From positions 1-62,541 of the forward strand of contig CAILJQ010000115.1 in NCBI GenBank assembly GCA_903834625.1: a stretch of DNA of 62,541 nucleotides, read 5' to 3'. The notes under the pieces are model-generated. The model saw nothing but the letters and a program-made list of their open reading frames with translations, was not told where the DNA came from and did not search any database. This document shows, in pieces, positions 18,307 to 29,188 of the stretch; position 1 is the first letter of the stretch; the number at the start of each line of letters is the position of its first letter. Source of the DNA: an uncultured Bacteroidota bacterium (GTDB lineage Bacteria > Bacteroidota > Bacteroidia > UKL13-3). The position numbers and the translations under genes were made by a program.

Positions 18307-21294
18307 TTACTTTAAGGTACGTTTTACTTCAACCTCTTCGTAAGCTTCAACAAAATCACTTTCTCTTAAGTCGTTGTAATTATGGATTGTTAAACCGCAA
18401 TCATAACCACTAGCAACTTCTTTCACATCATCTTTGAAGCGCTTAAGTGACGATAATTCTCCAGAGTATATAACCACACCATCGCGGATTAAGCGGATTT
18501 TGGCATTTCTAACCAATTTTCCATCTGTAACCATACAACCTGCAACGGTACCCACTTTGGTAATTTTAAATACTTCGCGAATTTGCGCATTACCAAGAAT
18601 TTTCTCTTCAATGGTTGGAGCAAGCATACCCTCGATAGCTGATTTAATTTCCTCAATGGCGTTATAAATAACTGAGTATAGACGAATATCAATTGATTCA
18701 GTTTCGGCCAATCTTCTGGCTTGCGGACTAGGTCTTACCTGGAATCCTACGATAATTGCATCTGATGCAGAAGCGAGCATTACATCACTTTCAGAAATTT
18801 GTCCAACCGCTTTGTAAATTACATTTAACTGAACCTCTGGAGTAGAAAGTTTAATCAATGAATCTGACAATGCTTCTACTGAACCATCCACGTCACCTTT
18901 AACAATAACATTTAATTCTTTGAAGTTACCGATAGCCAAACGTCTACCAATTTCATCGAGAGTAATATGTTTATTGGTTCTAATGCCTTGTTCGCGCTGA
19001 AGTTGTTGGCGTTTATTGGCAATTTCTTTCGCCTCTTGTTCATTTTTGGTAACAATGAATCTATCACCTGCTTGAGGAGCGCCATCAAAACCAAGGATAA
19101 CTACTGGAGTAGCTGGTCCCGCTTTGTCCATTTTTTTGCCTCGTTCATCAAACATGGCCCTTACTTTACCATTGTTGGTACCAGCAAGAAGAGGATCACC
19201 TACACGCATGGTTCCGCTTTGAACCATAACTGTAGTAACAATACCTCTACCTTTATCGAGTGTGGCTTCAATAACGTTACCCACCGCTCTTTTGTTTGGA
19301 TTTGCTTTTAGGTCGAGCATTTCAGCTTCTAACAATACTTTTTCAAGCAAAGTTTCTATGCCAATACCTTTTTTAGCAGATATTTCTTGGCATTGGTATT
19401 TTCCACCCCATTCTTCTACGAGAATGTTCATGGCAGATAATTGTTCACGAATTTTATCTGGATTAGCAGCTTCGCGGTCAATTTTATTCAAGGCAAAAAC
19501 AATAGGAACACCAGCGGCCAAGGCATGGCTGATAGCTTCTTTTGTTTGAGGCATTACAGAGTCATCTGCTGCAATTACAATAATAACAATATCTGTAATC
19601 TTAGCACCACGTGCACGCATGGCGGTAAATGCCTCGTGACCTGGAGTATCTAAGAAGGTTATTTTCTTGCCGTTTTCTAATTTTACTTCATAAGCACCAA
19701 TGTGCTGCGTGATACCACCTGCTTCACCTTTTACTACGTTTGCGCTTCTCACGTAATCGAGTAAAGAGGTTTTACCATGATCAACGTGACCCATTACGGT
19801 TACAATTGGCGCTCTTGGTTCTAGTGTATCAGGATCATCAATTTCTTCTTCAACAGCTTCCACCATTTCGGCAGAAACGAATTCAACTTCAAAACCAAAC
19901 TCTTCCGCAACAATGGCGATGGTTTCAGCATCTAGGCGTTGGTTAATAGAAACCATCATACCTAAGCTCATACATGCGCTAATAATTTGGGTAACCTGAA
20001 GATTCATCATTTGGGCTAACTCGTTGGCAGTAACAAATTCTGTTACCTTTAACTTGTTTTTGTCCATTTCCTCCATCATCATTGCTTCTTCACGTTCAGA
20101 GGCTTTCTCATCGCGTTTTTGCTTTCTGATTTTAGAGCGAACAGCACCAATGTTTGGATTTTTTGACCCTGGATTCAACCTAGCCAATGTGGCTTTTAGT
20201 TTGTCTTGGATTTCTTTATCACTAATTTCTGCTTTTTCTTCAGGTTTTGTATACCTGTTGTTTCCTGGTTGTCCAGGACGGTTATTACCGAACCTATTTC
20301 CACCTTGTTGATTTCCACCTGGTCCGCGGTTGTTATTTCCTTGATAAGGCGGTCTAGGTCTATTAGGATCTAATGGCTTATTAGGATCAACCTTTTGAGT
20401 ACCTGGTTGGTCTCCTCCAATTTGTTTGCGTTTACGTTTGCGTTTACCATTAGGGTCGTCACTGCTTGCTACTGGGTTTTGTTTTTTTGCAGGAGGATCT
20501 TGTTTAAGGACAATTTTGCCCATAACCTTCAAACCTTCTAATTTCTCGTATTTTACTTCTGAGACAGTAGGTTCTTCTGTTTCTGTGTTTGCCACAGGGG
20601 CTGCCGGAGATTCAATAATAGTGGGCTCTGGAACAACTGGAGTTTCAACTATAGTTTCTGCAACAGGAGCAGGAGTAACTTTTACTTCAACAACTGGTTC
20701 AGGCTTTATTTCTTTTACAGGCTCTGCAGGAGGGGTTTCTATTTTTTTAGATTTTCCTTTAGGTTTCTTAAGGGAATCTAAATCGATTTTCCCCATAACT
20801 TTTAAACCTGGGTTTTCTTCTTTTTCTTCAACTGCTTGTGGTGCTTCTACCACTTTTTCCTCAACAACAGGAGGTGCCGGTGGAGGCGTTTCTATAACAG
20901 GCTCAGGAGCCTCTACCTTTGGAGCTATCACTACCGGAGGAGTTGGGGCTGGGGTTTCAGATTTTTTAGGGGTGTTTACCAAGCCAGATTTGATGAGCAT
21001 ACCTTCCTCTTCCTCTTCCTCTTCTGAAACAGGTGCTTTCGCTTTTGGTATTTCATGAACCGTATCTTTTGGCTTCAGGCGGTCTCTACCTAATTTGTTA
21101 GCCTCATCTTTAATCTTTTTCTCAGAGGAGAATTCAGATAATAAAATAGCGTACTGATCCTCAGTAAGCTTGGTAGTAGGCTTAGCCTCAATTACATGAC
21201 CTTTTTTTGCCAGAACTTCAACCATTGTGGTCATACCCACATTTAGTTCCTTCATTACGGCATTAATTCTTTTTGTTCCAGTTGTTTCGCTCAT
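18307..21294 (-). CDS. infB: Translation initiation factor IF-2
   Basis: [32 protein letters not shown]; downstream of nusA. Confidence 0.98.
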   Translation of the reverse strand: MSETTGTKRINAVMKELNVGMTTMVEVLAKKGHVIEAKPTTKLTEDQYAILLSEFSSEKKIKDEANKLGRDRLKPKDTVHEIPKAKAPVSEEEEEEEGMLIKSGLVNTPKKSETPAPTPPVVIAPKVEAPEPVIETPPPAPPVVEEKVVEAPQAVEEKEENPGLKVMGKIDLDSLKKPKGKSKKIETPPAEPVKEIKPEPVVEVKVTPAPVAETIVETPVVPEPTIIESPAAPVANTETEEPTVSEVKYEKLEGLKVMGKIVLKQDPPAKKQNPVASSDDPNGKRKRKRKQIGGDQPGTQKVDPNKPLDPNRPRPPYQGNNNRGPGGNQQGGNRFGNNRPGQPGNNRYTKPEEKAEISDKEIQDKLKATLARLNPGSKNPNIGAVRSKIRKQKRDEKASEREEAMMMEEMDKNKLKVTEFVTANELAQMMNLQVTQIISACMSLGMMVSINQRLDAETIAIVAEEFGFEVEFVSAEMVEAVEEEIDDPDTLEPRAPIVTVMGHVDHGKTSLLDYVRSANVVKGEAGGITQHIGAYEVKLENGKKITFLDTPGHEAFTAMRARGAKITDIVIIVIAADDSVMPQTKEAISHALAAGVPIVFALNKIDREAANPDKIREQLSAMNILVEEWGGKYQCQEISAKKGIGIETLLEKVLLEAEMLDLKANPNKRAVGNVIEATLDKGRGIVTTVMVQSGTMRVGDPLLAGTNNGKVRAMFDERGKKMDKAGPATPVVILGFDGAPQAGDRFIVTKNEQEAKEIANKRQQLQREQGIRTNKHITLDEIGRRLAIGNFKELNVIVKGDVDGSVEALSDSLIKLSTPEVQLNVIYKAVGQISESDVMLASASDAIIVGFQVRPSPQARRLAETESIDIRLYSVIYNAIEEIKSAIEGMLAPTIEEKILGNAQIREVFKITKVGTVAGCMVTDGKLVRNAKIRLIRDGVVIYSGELSSLKRFKDDVKEVASGYDCGLTIHNYNDLRESDFVEAYEEVEVKRTLK

Positions 21295-21357
21295 TCTGCG
21301 CTTTTTCTTCCTAAAAATTACTGCGAATATCGTTTTTATTCATGGATATTCAACATG

Positions 21358-21471
21358 AAGGCCTGAAAACACCAATAAAAAGCATAAGCAAGCTTTGTTA
21401 CCGGCGATTTCAGGCCTTGAAACATGGGCAATATGTGAGTATTAATCACATGGAATGCTTATTTGCCGGTA
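21358..21471 (-). ncRNA. Candidate structured cis-regulatory RNA in the nusA-infB intergenic region
   Basis: About 25-bp hairpin with G-U pairs only in the sense orientation, plus a competing helix TACCGGC/GCCGGTA and a loop-complementary ATAAGCA/TGCTTAT. Confidence 0.4.
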
Positions 21472-21480
21472 GTATTCATC

Positions 21481-22716
21481 TTATTCAAACTCGGCTTCCA
21501 AAATTCTGCGCACTTCCTGCACAGTTTCTTCTTCCAGCTCTGTTCTGCGAACGAGTTCTTCGTTAGAGATGGCCAAAACGCTCTTAGCTGTATCTAAGCC
21601 AATTCCTTTTAACTCATCAATAATCCAACTATCTATCTCATCGCTAAATTCATCCAAATCAATATCCTCTTCTTCACTTTCTGTTTCGCGGTAAACATCA
21701 ATTTCATAACCAGCTAACTTTCCGGCTAATTTGATGTTATGACCTCCTTTACCGATGGCAAGTGAAACTTGGTCGGGTTTTAAAAATACAGAAACTCTTT
21801 TCTTTACTTCGTCAATTTTAATGCTGCTAACTTTAGCTGGGCTTAATGAGCGCTGAACCAAAAGGCTTGGGTTTCCTGTAAAGTTAATTACATCGATATT
21901 TTCATTTCTTAATTCACGAACAATGCCATGAATCCTAGAACCCTTCATACCCACGCAAGCTCCTACTGGATCAATACGATCATCGTAGCTTTCAACGGCA
22001 ACTTTGGCTCTTTCACCTGGTTCACGAACAATTTTCTTGATAGAGATAAGTCCATCAATAATTTCTGGGACCTCTTGTTCAAACAACCTTTCAAGGAATA
22101 CAGGAGACGTTCTGCTGAGGATAATTCTTGGGTTACCGTTATGCATTTCAACCTTAAGCACGACTGCACGAATGGCGTCACCTTTTTTGTAGAAATCTGC
22201 GGGTATCATTTCTGTTTTGGGAAGCAATAATTCATTGCCTTCATCATCAAGAACCATGATTTCCTTTTTCCAGATTTGATATACTTCTCCACTAATGATT
22301 TCACCCACACGGTCTTTGTATTTTTTGTAGAACTCATCTTTTTCAAGTTCTAATACTTTAGAAAGCAAGGTTTGACGAGCAGATAGAACAGCTCTTCTAC
22401 CAAAAATTTGCAAGCCTACCTCTTGGGTAACGTCTTCACCTATTTCAAAATCGGGTTCAATTTTGATTGCATCTGAGTAGGCAATTTGTGTGTTTTCATC
22501 TTCCACTTCCCCATCATGAACGATGGTTCTGTTGTGCCAAATTTCTAAGTCACCACTTTTGTCGTTGATAATTACATCAAAATTGTCGTCGCTGTTATAG
22601 CGTTTGCGTAACATACCACGAAACACATCTTCAAGTACGCGCTGCATGGTGGCGCGGTCGATGTTTTTAAACTCTTTAAACTCACTGAATGAGTCGATTA
22701 GTCCTGCACTGTGCAT
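21481..22716 (-). CDS. nusA: Transcription termination/antitermination factor NusA
   Basis: S1/KH motifs REPGERAKVAV, DPVGACVGMKGSRI, LAIGKGGHNIKLA. Confidence 0.98.
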   Translation of the reverse strand: MHSAGLIDSFSEFKEFKNIDRATMQRVLEDVFRGMLRKRYNSDDNFDVIINDKSGDLEIWHNRTIVHDGEVEDENTQIAYSDAIKIEPDFEIGEDVTQEVGLQIFGRRAVLSARQTLLSKVLELEKDEFYKKYKDRVGEIISGEVYQIWKKEIMVLDDEGNELLLPKTEMIPADFYKKGDAIRAVVLKVEMHNGNPRIILSRTSPVFLERLFEQEVPEIIDGLISIKKIVREPGERAKVAVESYDDRIDPVGACVGMKGSRIHGIVRELRNENIDVINFTGNPSLLVQRSLSPAKVSSIKIDEVKKRVSVFLKPDQVSLAIGKGGHNIKLAGKLAGYEIDVYRETESEEEDIDLDEFSDEIDSWIIDELKGIGLDTAKSVLAISNEELVRRTELEEETVQEVRRILEAEFE

Positions 22717-22742
22717 ATTAAGTTAAAATTTACGTTTCAAAA

Positions 22743-23207
22743 TTAGTTAAAGGAAACCTGGACAAAAGCTGTTTCAATATCTGCCAACGACAATTCTTTG
22801 ATAACAGGCTCTTTAGCCAGGTATGCTTTCTTTTTATCTTTTAAATGAAGGGTTAATACTTCATTGTTTAATGCCATTAATTTCCCCAAGAGTTCAGTTT
22901 TTGCCTTGAGTACAATTTTAAATTCTCTACCAATATGTTTCTGAAATTGGCGAGGTAATAGGAGTGGCCTATCTACACCTGGAGATGAAACTTCAAGTGT
23001 GTAGGGTGTTTCTCCATAGTCGGCCTCATCTAATTTATTAGATAAGTGTCGGTTTAATGCTCTGCATTGTTCAATGGTCAAGGGGCCATCACTATCAATA
23101 AGCACTAATAGTTTTCCGCCACCTGGTTTGAATTCTACATCTACCACAAAAACTGAAGGTTCTAAGACTTCAGCACTCCATTCTTTTATTTGATCAACGA
23201 TTTGCAT
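22743..23207 (-). CDS. rimP: Ribosome maturation factor RimP
   Basis: YTLEVSSPGVDRPL; rimP-nusA-infB synteny; ATG at 23207. Confidence 0.95.
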   Translation of the reverse strand: MQIVDQIKEWSAEVLEPSVFVVDVEFKPGGGKLLVLIDSDGPLTIEQCRALNRHLSNKLDEADYGETPYTLEVSSPGVDRPLLLPRQFQKHIGREFKIVLKAKTELLGKLMALNNEVLTLHLKDKKKAYLAKEPVIKELSLADIETAFVQVSFN

Positions 23208-23214
23208 AGAGAAC

Positions 23215-23242
23215 AAAAAAGGAGACTTTTGGTCTCCTTTTT
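23215..23242 (-). promoter_or_regulatory. rimP leader: intrinsic terminator-type attenuator hairpin
   Basis: Sense strand AAAAAGGAGAC-CAAAA-GTCTCCTTTTTT, lying between the -7 box and the rimP ATG. Confidence 0.65.
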
Positions 23243-23257
23243 CAATTAATTACGGCA

Positions 23258-23265
23258 CAAATATA
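23258..23265 (-). promoter_or_regulatory. -7 box (TATATTTG) for rimP-nusA-infB
   Basis: Exact TAnnTTTG. Confidence 0.6.
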
Positions 23266-23295
23266 AGTATAAATATCAGTTTTGCAACAAATTAC

Positions 23296-24645
23296 TTATT
23301 TTCCATAAAATGCTTTGTACCTATCGTACTGGGCTTTTCCAAATTCATGCATTGCCTCCATGTATTTCTTTTGCTTTTTGGAAGCATCAAAAGTTGAGAA
23401 TTTGGTGTACAGTGATTTTGCTTTTGCATAATCATCGTTCCATATATATGCTTCAATTAGATTCCAATAAATGGCAAAGGTTACATCTTCATTGATACGT
23501 GCTTTTTTATTGTCCATTTCTGATTCAAGAAGTGCTTTTTCATAAATAGCAATCCCTTCAGCAATTTTAGGTTTAGCAGCAGCTTTATCATATCCCTCTG
23601 CCAACATATTATACCCTTCTAAAATGGCAAGGTAAGCGTTATTAAGGTCTGAATAATCTTGCTTTTTATCTTTTACCAATTGGGCAGTTGATTCATGGGT
23701 AATTTTTTTGAAGGCATAATTACTATTCAAAAATTCATTGATGATAGCCATATTTTTATCTACGGTTTCCATTTCCAAATTTTCTGTGGTTCTAGCTCTT
23801 TGGTTTTCCCACCAGTATCTGATAGCCGATTCACTTGTAAATTCGCCAGATGAGGTGATGAATTTTTCAACACTTACTTCATTTGGAACCTCATCATAAA
23901 TAACGCCTTGAGCGGTTTCAACTTTTAAACGAATAATTCTTTTGTAGCCTACTTTAGCAGTGTATGATTTGTATGGATAAGATTTTCCATTTTCATATTT
24001 AGTTAAATCACGAGAAGTGATTTCAGGTTCTTTTATTTCTAATTGACCCATGGTGGCCGTGATGGTAACAGCATTTCCAGTTCCGTTTGAGTATCCTTCC
24101 ATTTTGAGATAGGTTGCTGCCAATTGTTCTAGGTTGAATACTTTATGCAATTTTGGAGCAGCCGGTTCAGATTTATAAGGTTTTGAAGGAGCTTTTAGGT
24201 AAGGCTCTTGCGGTATTTGTTTATACGGCTTTCCTTCATTGGCCAATTGTTTGTCGGCTAATTTTTGTAAGGTTGATTTTTGCTCATACAATTCCATTTC
24301 CTTCATGTAAGCATCATTGGCTGCTTTTAATTTAGCAGGATATTCTGCTTTTTCTTTTGCAAGCTCTTCTTCTGCTTTTTTCATTAAGCCATCATATTCT
24401 CTCAAGCTTTTTTGGTAATCTTCTTCTGCTTTCACTTTAGCTACCTCATAGTCGGCCAAGAGTTTTTTATTCAAAGCTTCGGCATCATACAATACCTTGC
24501 TATTATAATTCTTTATGTTTTTATCAAGTGGCTTTAAAGGCAATTGAATATAGTCGAACTTGATTTCAACTTTGTCTATATCCTGTGCAAATACAGAGGT
24601 ACTCATTAAGAGGAGAAATACTGTTTTAAGTAAATTGTTTTTCAT
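23296..24645 (-). CDS. Hypothetical secreted protein with coiled-coil and Pro-rich insert
   Basis: Signal peptide VFA-Q; K/E/A-rich helix; KPYKQIPQEPYLKAPSKPY; helical C-terminus. Confidence 0.7.
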   Translation of the reverse strand: MKNNLLKTVFLLLMSTSVFAQDIDKVEIKFDYIQLPLKPLDKNIKNYNSKVLYDAEALNKKLLADYEVAKVKAEEDYQKSLREYDGLMKKAEEELAKEKAEYPAKLKAANDAYMKEMELYEQKSTLQKLADKQLANEGKPYKQIPQEPYLKAPSKPYKSEPAAPKLHKVFNLEQLAATYLKMEGYSNGTGNAVTITATMGQLEIKEPEITSRDLTKYENGKSYPYKSYTAKVGYKRIIRLKVETAQGVIYDEVPNEVSVEKFITSSGEFTSESAIRYWWENQRARTTENLEMETVDKNMAIINEFLNSNYAFKKITHESTAQLVKDKKQDYSDLNNAYLAILEGYNMLAEGYDKAAAKPKIAEGIAIYEKALLESEMDNKKARINEDVTFAIYWNLIEAYIWNDDYAKAKSLYTKFSTFDASKKQKKYMEAMHEFGKAQYDRYKAFYGK

Positions 24646-24762
24646 AAATTTTAATTGTGTTCAAACTTAACATTAATACATTTGAACTAAACTGAGTTGT
24701 GTCAATTATGAAAAAATTAAGAGTTTATGGGGTTTTGTAAGATAAAATCAAGAGAATTAGGC

Positions 24763-25854
24763 ATGTTTGGCATTTCTAGATTTTGGTTCAAACCGATTTC
24801 TTTTTTATTCTTTAACCTAAATTTTATTTCAATAGGTTTTTCTCAAAGTAATGGGGGTCAAGTTCGAGATGGAAGTGCCTTTGGGTATGATTCAGGTTAT
24901 GTAGTTAGTTTTAGAGATAATTTGGTCATAACGCTTGTGAATGAAACAAAATTTAGTTCTATTTCAGTTGGTTTTACTACGCCAAAAGGGATATACAATT
25001 TAGATTATAAAACCAATACCATTAATACATGGGGTGTAGGGATAGATTATAAGTGGCTTACTTTTGAGTATACAAGACAAATGCCATGGTATACTCCGGC
25101 TGCTGAATTTGGGGAGGTGCAGAATGCAGGATTTGGTTTTGGAGTGACAGGTAGGCGCATTGCATTTCGAAACTTTTATGAAACAAGTAAAGGGTATTAT
25201 TTGGAGAATACAGATGATTGGAAGTTGGGTGCTTTAAAAGATTTGAAAGGTTATTATTTGCGGCCAGATATAAGTACAAGTACTTATTATGCTTCCTTGA
25301 ATTATGTATTTAACAACAAACATTTTTCTAACAATGCTTCTTTGTGGCAATTGGAAAGGCAAGTGAAAAAATCTGGCACCTTGGTTGGTGGATTAACATA
25401 CATGTTCAATAATTTTAAAGCAGATTCAAGTATTATACCCTTTACGGGCATCGACTCATTGCCTCGTTCTAGCAACACTTTTTTTGCCCTTAATAGTTTG
25501 GGTTTTAATATTGGCTTTATGGGAACATTGCCCTTAGGAAAAAAGAAAAAGTGGTTTCTTACCACAGCCATTATACCCGGATTATCAAGGCAATGGGGCG
25601 AGGCTAGTGTAGAAGATGGGGGCGTTGCTCCTGCAAGAAAACTATTGGGATATCAATCAGAATTTAGATTGGGCTTGGGGTACAATGGAGATAATTGGTA
25701 TGTTGGATCAATTGCCAAAGCCTATTCAAATTTAAACGTTGCAACCAAAGAGGAGCCCTTTAGTATCTCCAATTCATTTGGAAGATTTTATGTGGGTTAC
25801 CGATTTAATTCTCCAAATTTCAAACATCCTTTTTTTAAAAGAATAGGTTTGTAA
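24763..25854 (+). CDS. DUF4421-like outer-membrane beta-barrel protein
   Basis: GVGIDYKWL, KGYYL, RPDI, YVFNNKHFS, QVKKSGT, GYNGDNWY, YVGYRF; start uncertain (24727 or 24763). Confidence 0.7.
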   Translation: MFGISRFWFKPISFLFFNLNFISIGFSQSNGGQVRDGSAFGYDSGYVVSFRDNLVITLVNETKFSSISVGFTTPKGIYNLDYKTNTINTWGVGIDYKWLTFEYTRQMPWYTPAAEFGEVQNAGFGFGVTGRRIAFRNFYETSKGYYLENTDDWKLGALKDLKGYYLRPDISTSTYYASLNYVFNNKHFSNNASLWQLERQVKKSGTLVGGLTYMFNNFKADSSIIPFTGIDSLPRSSNTFFALNSLGFNIGFMGTLPLGKKKKWFLTTAIIPGLSRQWGEASVEDGGVAPARKLLGYQSEFRLGLGYNGDNWYVGSIAKAYSNLNVATKEEPFSISNSFGRFYVGYRFNSPNFKHPFFKRIGL

Positions 25855-25865
25855 TTGAACCCAAA

Positions 25866-28016
25866 TTATTGGGTATGGTATAAGATAAATCCATACATAT
25901 CTGTTGCGTCTTCTATAAGTTTTTTAGTTGGCTTACCCGCACCATGTCCGGCTTTTGAATCAATTCTAATGAGGATTGGACTTTCAGATGCATGGGTATT
26001 TTCTTGAAGGGTAGCAGCAAATTTAAAGGAGTGCGCAGGCACTACTCGGTCATCATGGTCGGCTGTCATGATGAGTGTAGCTGGATACTTTACGTCTTTT
26101 TTCACCTGATGCAAAGGCGAATACTTTAACAAATAATCAAATTGGTTTTTGTTTTCGCTTGAGCCATATTCAACAGCCCAACCCCAGCCAATGGTAAATT
26201 TATGATACCTTAACATATCTAACACACCAACAGCTGGTATTGCTACTTTATACAATTCTGGTCTTTGGGTCATACAAGCGCCTACCAATAAACCGCCATT
26301 TGACCCGCCGTGTATAGCTAGGTGTTCACTTGAAGTATATTTTTCAGAAATTAGGTATTCAGCCGCAGCTATAAAATCATCAAAAACATGTTGTTTGTTT
26401 TCAAGCATTCCTGCTTTGTGCCAGTCTTCACCGTATTCTCCACCACCTCTTAAATTGGCAATGACATATACGCCACCTTGCTCCATAAACATAACGCGTG
26501 AGACACTAAAACTAGGAGTGAGGCTTATATTAAAACCACCATAACCATATAACAAGGTTGGGTTGGTTCCATCTAGTGTAATTCCTTTTTTATGCATGAT
26601 AAACATAGGTATTTTTGTTCCATCCTTACTTGGGTAAAATACTTGCTTGGTTTCAAAATCATCTGGGTTAAATGCGTATGATTGTGAGCTCAACCAATTT
26701 TCTTGGTTGTGGGTATTGAGGTTGTAGAATTTAATTTTCCCAGGTTCAGTAAAAGAGATAAACTGGTATGCAATGGTTTCATCTTCTTTTTTACAACCAC
26801 CTGTTGAAGCAGTTCCTATTCCTGGTAATTCAATTTCTCCAATGAGTTTTCCATTATTTGTGTAGTGCCTTAATCGGGTGCTTGCATCTACTAAAAACGA
26901 AGCAATAAGGCTATTTTTACCAGCGGTTGAAACACCTTCTAGCAAGTCTTTTCCTTCTGGAATAAGGGTTGTCCACTGGTTTGGCTCTATATTATCGGGG
27001 TTAATAGCCACCAATTTATACTTAGGGGCGTTGTAATCGGTTCGAACCAATAATTGTCTTTCATTATTTCCGACAACTTCGTAGTTGTTTTCAAAACCTT
27101 TGCAAAGTAGTTTGAAAGGCTGCTCTACTATTTCTTGGTTTTTCCATAGAGGATTGAAGAGTTCTTTAACTAAAATTTCAGAGCCAGAGGTTCCCTCTGA
27201 AACAGATATGATAAGGAATCTTTCATCTTCTGTAATGTTCGCATTAAAATATCTCAGTGGATGGTTCTTGTCTTCATAAATTAGTTTATCCGTTTTTTGG
27301 TCTGAACCTAAGGCATGGTAATAAATTTTCATGAACTCATTTTGGTTGCTGTAAGCTTTTCCTTTGGCTGGTTCATCATACCTGCTATAGTAAAATCCAT
27401 TGCCATGCCAAGTGGCGCCGCTAAACTTTACCCATTCAATTTTGTCGGAGGTTTTTAGTTTGGTATGCGTATTCATTACAAACAATTCGTTCCAATCAGA
27501 ACCAGAGCGAGCAATACCAATAGCCGCATATTGATGGTCTTTGCTAAAGCTCACACTTGCAAGGGAAACAGTTCCATCATCAGAAAATTTATTTGGGTCT
27601 AGGAAAAGTTCTGCCTCATTTACTTGCTTAAGGTCTTTGGTTCGGTACAAAACACTTTGATTTTGCAGGCCATCATTCTTATAAAAGTAGTAAAAGTCGC
27701 CCTCTTTAAATGGGGCAGAATACTTGGCATAATTCCAAATTTCATTCAGGCGTGTTCTTAATGTATTTCTGTTTGGTAATTGTTCCAAATAAATTGAAGT
27801 TACCCTATTTTGATTTTCAACCCATTCAATTACATCTGGGGCAGTGTCATTTTCAAGCCATCTGTATGGATCAGAAATAATTGTTCCGAAATAGTTGTTG
27901 GTGGTAGTATCCTTTTTTGATTTGGGAAGTTCAAGTAGGCTCACTTTTTTATTTTTCATATCCTGGTTACAAGCGCCAAATGCCATTAAGGCGATTAAAA
28001 AGTATGTAGCTTTCAT
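25866..28016 (-). CDS. Prolyl oligopeptidase (S9A), lipoprotein
   Basis: DPYRWLE, GGSNGGLL, ADHDDRVVPAHS, AGHGAGK; lipobox FGAC. Confidence 0.95.
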   Translation of the reverse strand: MKATYFLIALMAFGACNQDMKNKKVSLLELPKSKKDTTTNNYFGTIISDPYRWLENDTAPDVIEWVENQNRVTSIYLEQLPNRNTLRTRLNEIWNYAKYSAPFKEGDFYYFYKNDGLQNQSVLYRTKDLKQVNEAELFLDPNKFSDDGTVSLASVSFSKDHQYAAIGIARSGSDWNELFVMNTHTKLKTSDKIEWVKFSGATWHGNGFYYSRYDEPAKGKAYSNQNEFMKIYYHALGSDQKTDKLIYEDKNHPLRYFNANITEDERFLIISVSEGTSGSEILVKELFNPLWKNQEIVEQPFKLLCKGFENNYEVVGNNERQLLVRTDYNAPKYKLVAINPDNIEPNQWTTLIPEGKDLLEGVSTAGKNSLIASFLVDASTRLRHYTNNGKLIGEIELPGIGTASTGGCKKEDETIAYQFISFTEPGKIKFYNLNTHNQENWLSSQSYAFNPDDFETKQVFYPSKDGTKIPMFIMHKKGITLDGTNPTLLYGYGGFNISLTPSFSVSRVMFMEQGGVYVIANLRGGGEYGEDWHKAGMLENKQHVFDDFIAAAEYLISEKYTSSEHLAIHGGSNGGLLVGACMTQRPELYKVAIPAVGVLDMLRYHKFTIGWGWAVEYGSSENKNQFDYLLKYSPLHQVKKDVKYPATLIMTADHDDRVVPAHSFKFAATLQENTHASESPILIRIDSKAGHGAGKPTKKLIEDATDMYGFILYHTQ

Positions 28017-28090
28017 TCTAGTATTTTTCCGAAAAGTAAAGAAAAAATGAATGGTTTAATTTAAATGAAGAGAGAATTACATGAAAGGTC

Positions 28091-28148
28091 AAAAAAAAAT
28101 CCCCTACCAAGCTGAACCGATTCATCAGTTAGCTTGACAGGGGATTTT
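28091..28148 (-). terminator. Long intrinsic terminator downstream of sodA
   Basis: About 24-bp stem AAAATCCCCTGTCAAGCT-AACTGA/TCGGTT-C-AGCTTGGTAGGGGATTTT followed by a T tract. Confidence 0.8.
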
Positions 28149-28176
28149 CCCTGAATAGTAATTAAAGGGCTAATTA

Positions 28177-28785
<609 letters not shown>

Positions 28786-28864
28786 AATTTTAAAAATTTA
28801 AGTTACGAATATACAATTAACTGCATAAGGGGGGCTTTTGTTTTGTTGAAATCCCACAATTTCA

Positions 28865-28895
28865 TTTGGAAATCAGAAAGAAGGCTTTATATTTG
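28865..28895 (+). promoter_or_regulatory. Consensus Bacteroidota promoter for the PID-CTERM gene
   Basis: TTTG, 19 nt, TATATTTG. Confidence 0.7.
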
Positions 28896-28930
28896 TAAAA
28901 GTTTATTAGAACAATTTGAATCTAGCATTT

Positions 28931-29125
28931 ATGAAAAAATATTCTTTGGCCTTATTCTTTGCCTTATGTTTGGCATTTGCAAGTACCGAGGTTTTCGCAC
29001 AACCTGGTTTTGATGATGATGTTACCGATACCCCAATTGACGGTGGCATTAGTTTGTTAGTTGGAGCTGGAGTTGCCTATGGCGCTAAGAAGCTTCACGA
29101 CAAAAAGAAGAACCAAGCAAACTAA
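28931..29125 (+). CDS. PID-CTERM protein-sorting domain micro-protein
   Basis: Signal peptide, then QPGFDDDVTDT, PIDGG, TM helix and basic tail KKLHDKKK; has its own promoter and terminator. Confidence 0.8.
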   Translation: MKKYSLALFFALCLAFASTEVFAQPGFDDDVTDTPIDGGISLLVGAGVAYGAKKLHDKKKNQAN

Positions 29126-29151
29126 GTAGAAATTAAATTAATCCTATTATT

Positions 29152-29186
29152 GCCCATGTCTGATTTATTTCGGGCATGGGTTTTTT
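29152..29186 (+). terminator. Intrinsic terminator
   Basis: GCCCATGTCTGA-loop-TCGGGCATGGGT followed by T tract. Confidence 0.8.
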
Positions 29187-29188
29187 CG

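Noticed and set aside
20426-21058. 210-aa plus-strand ORF
   Set aside because: Antisense shadow of the Pro/Glu/Lys-rich IF2 linker
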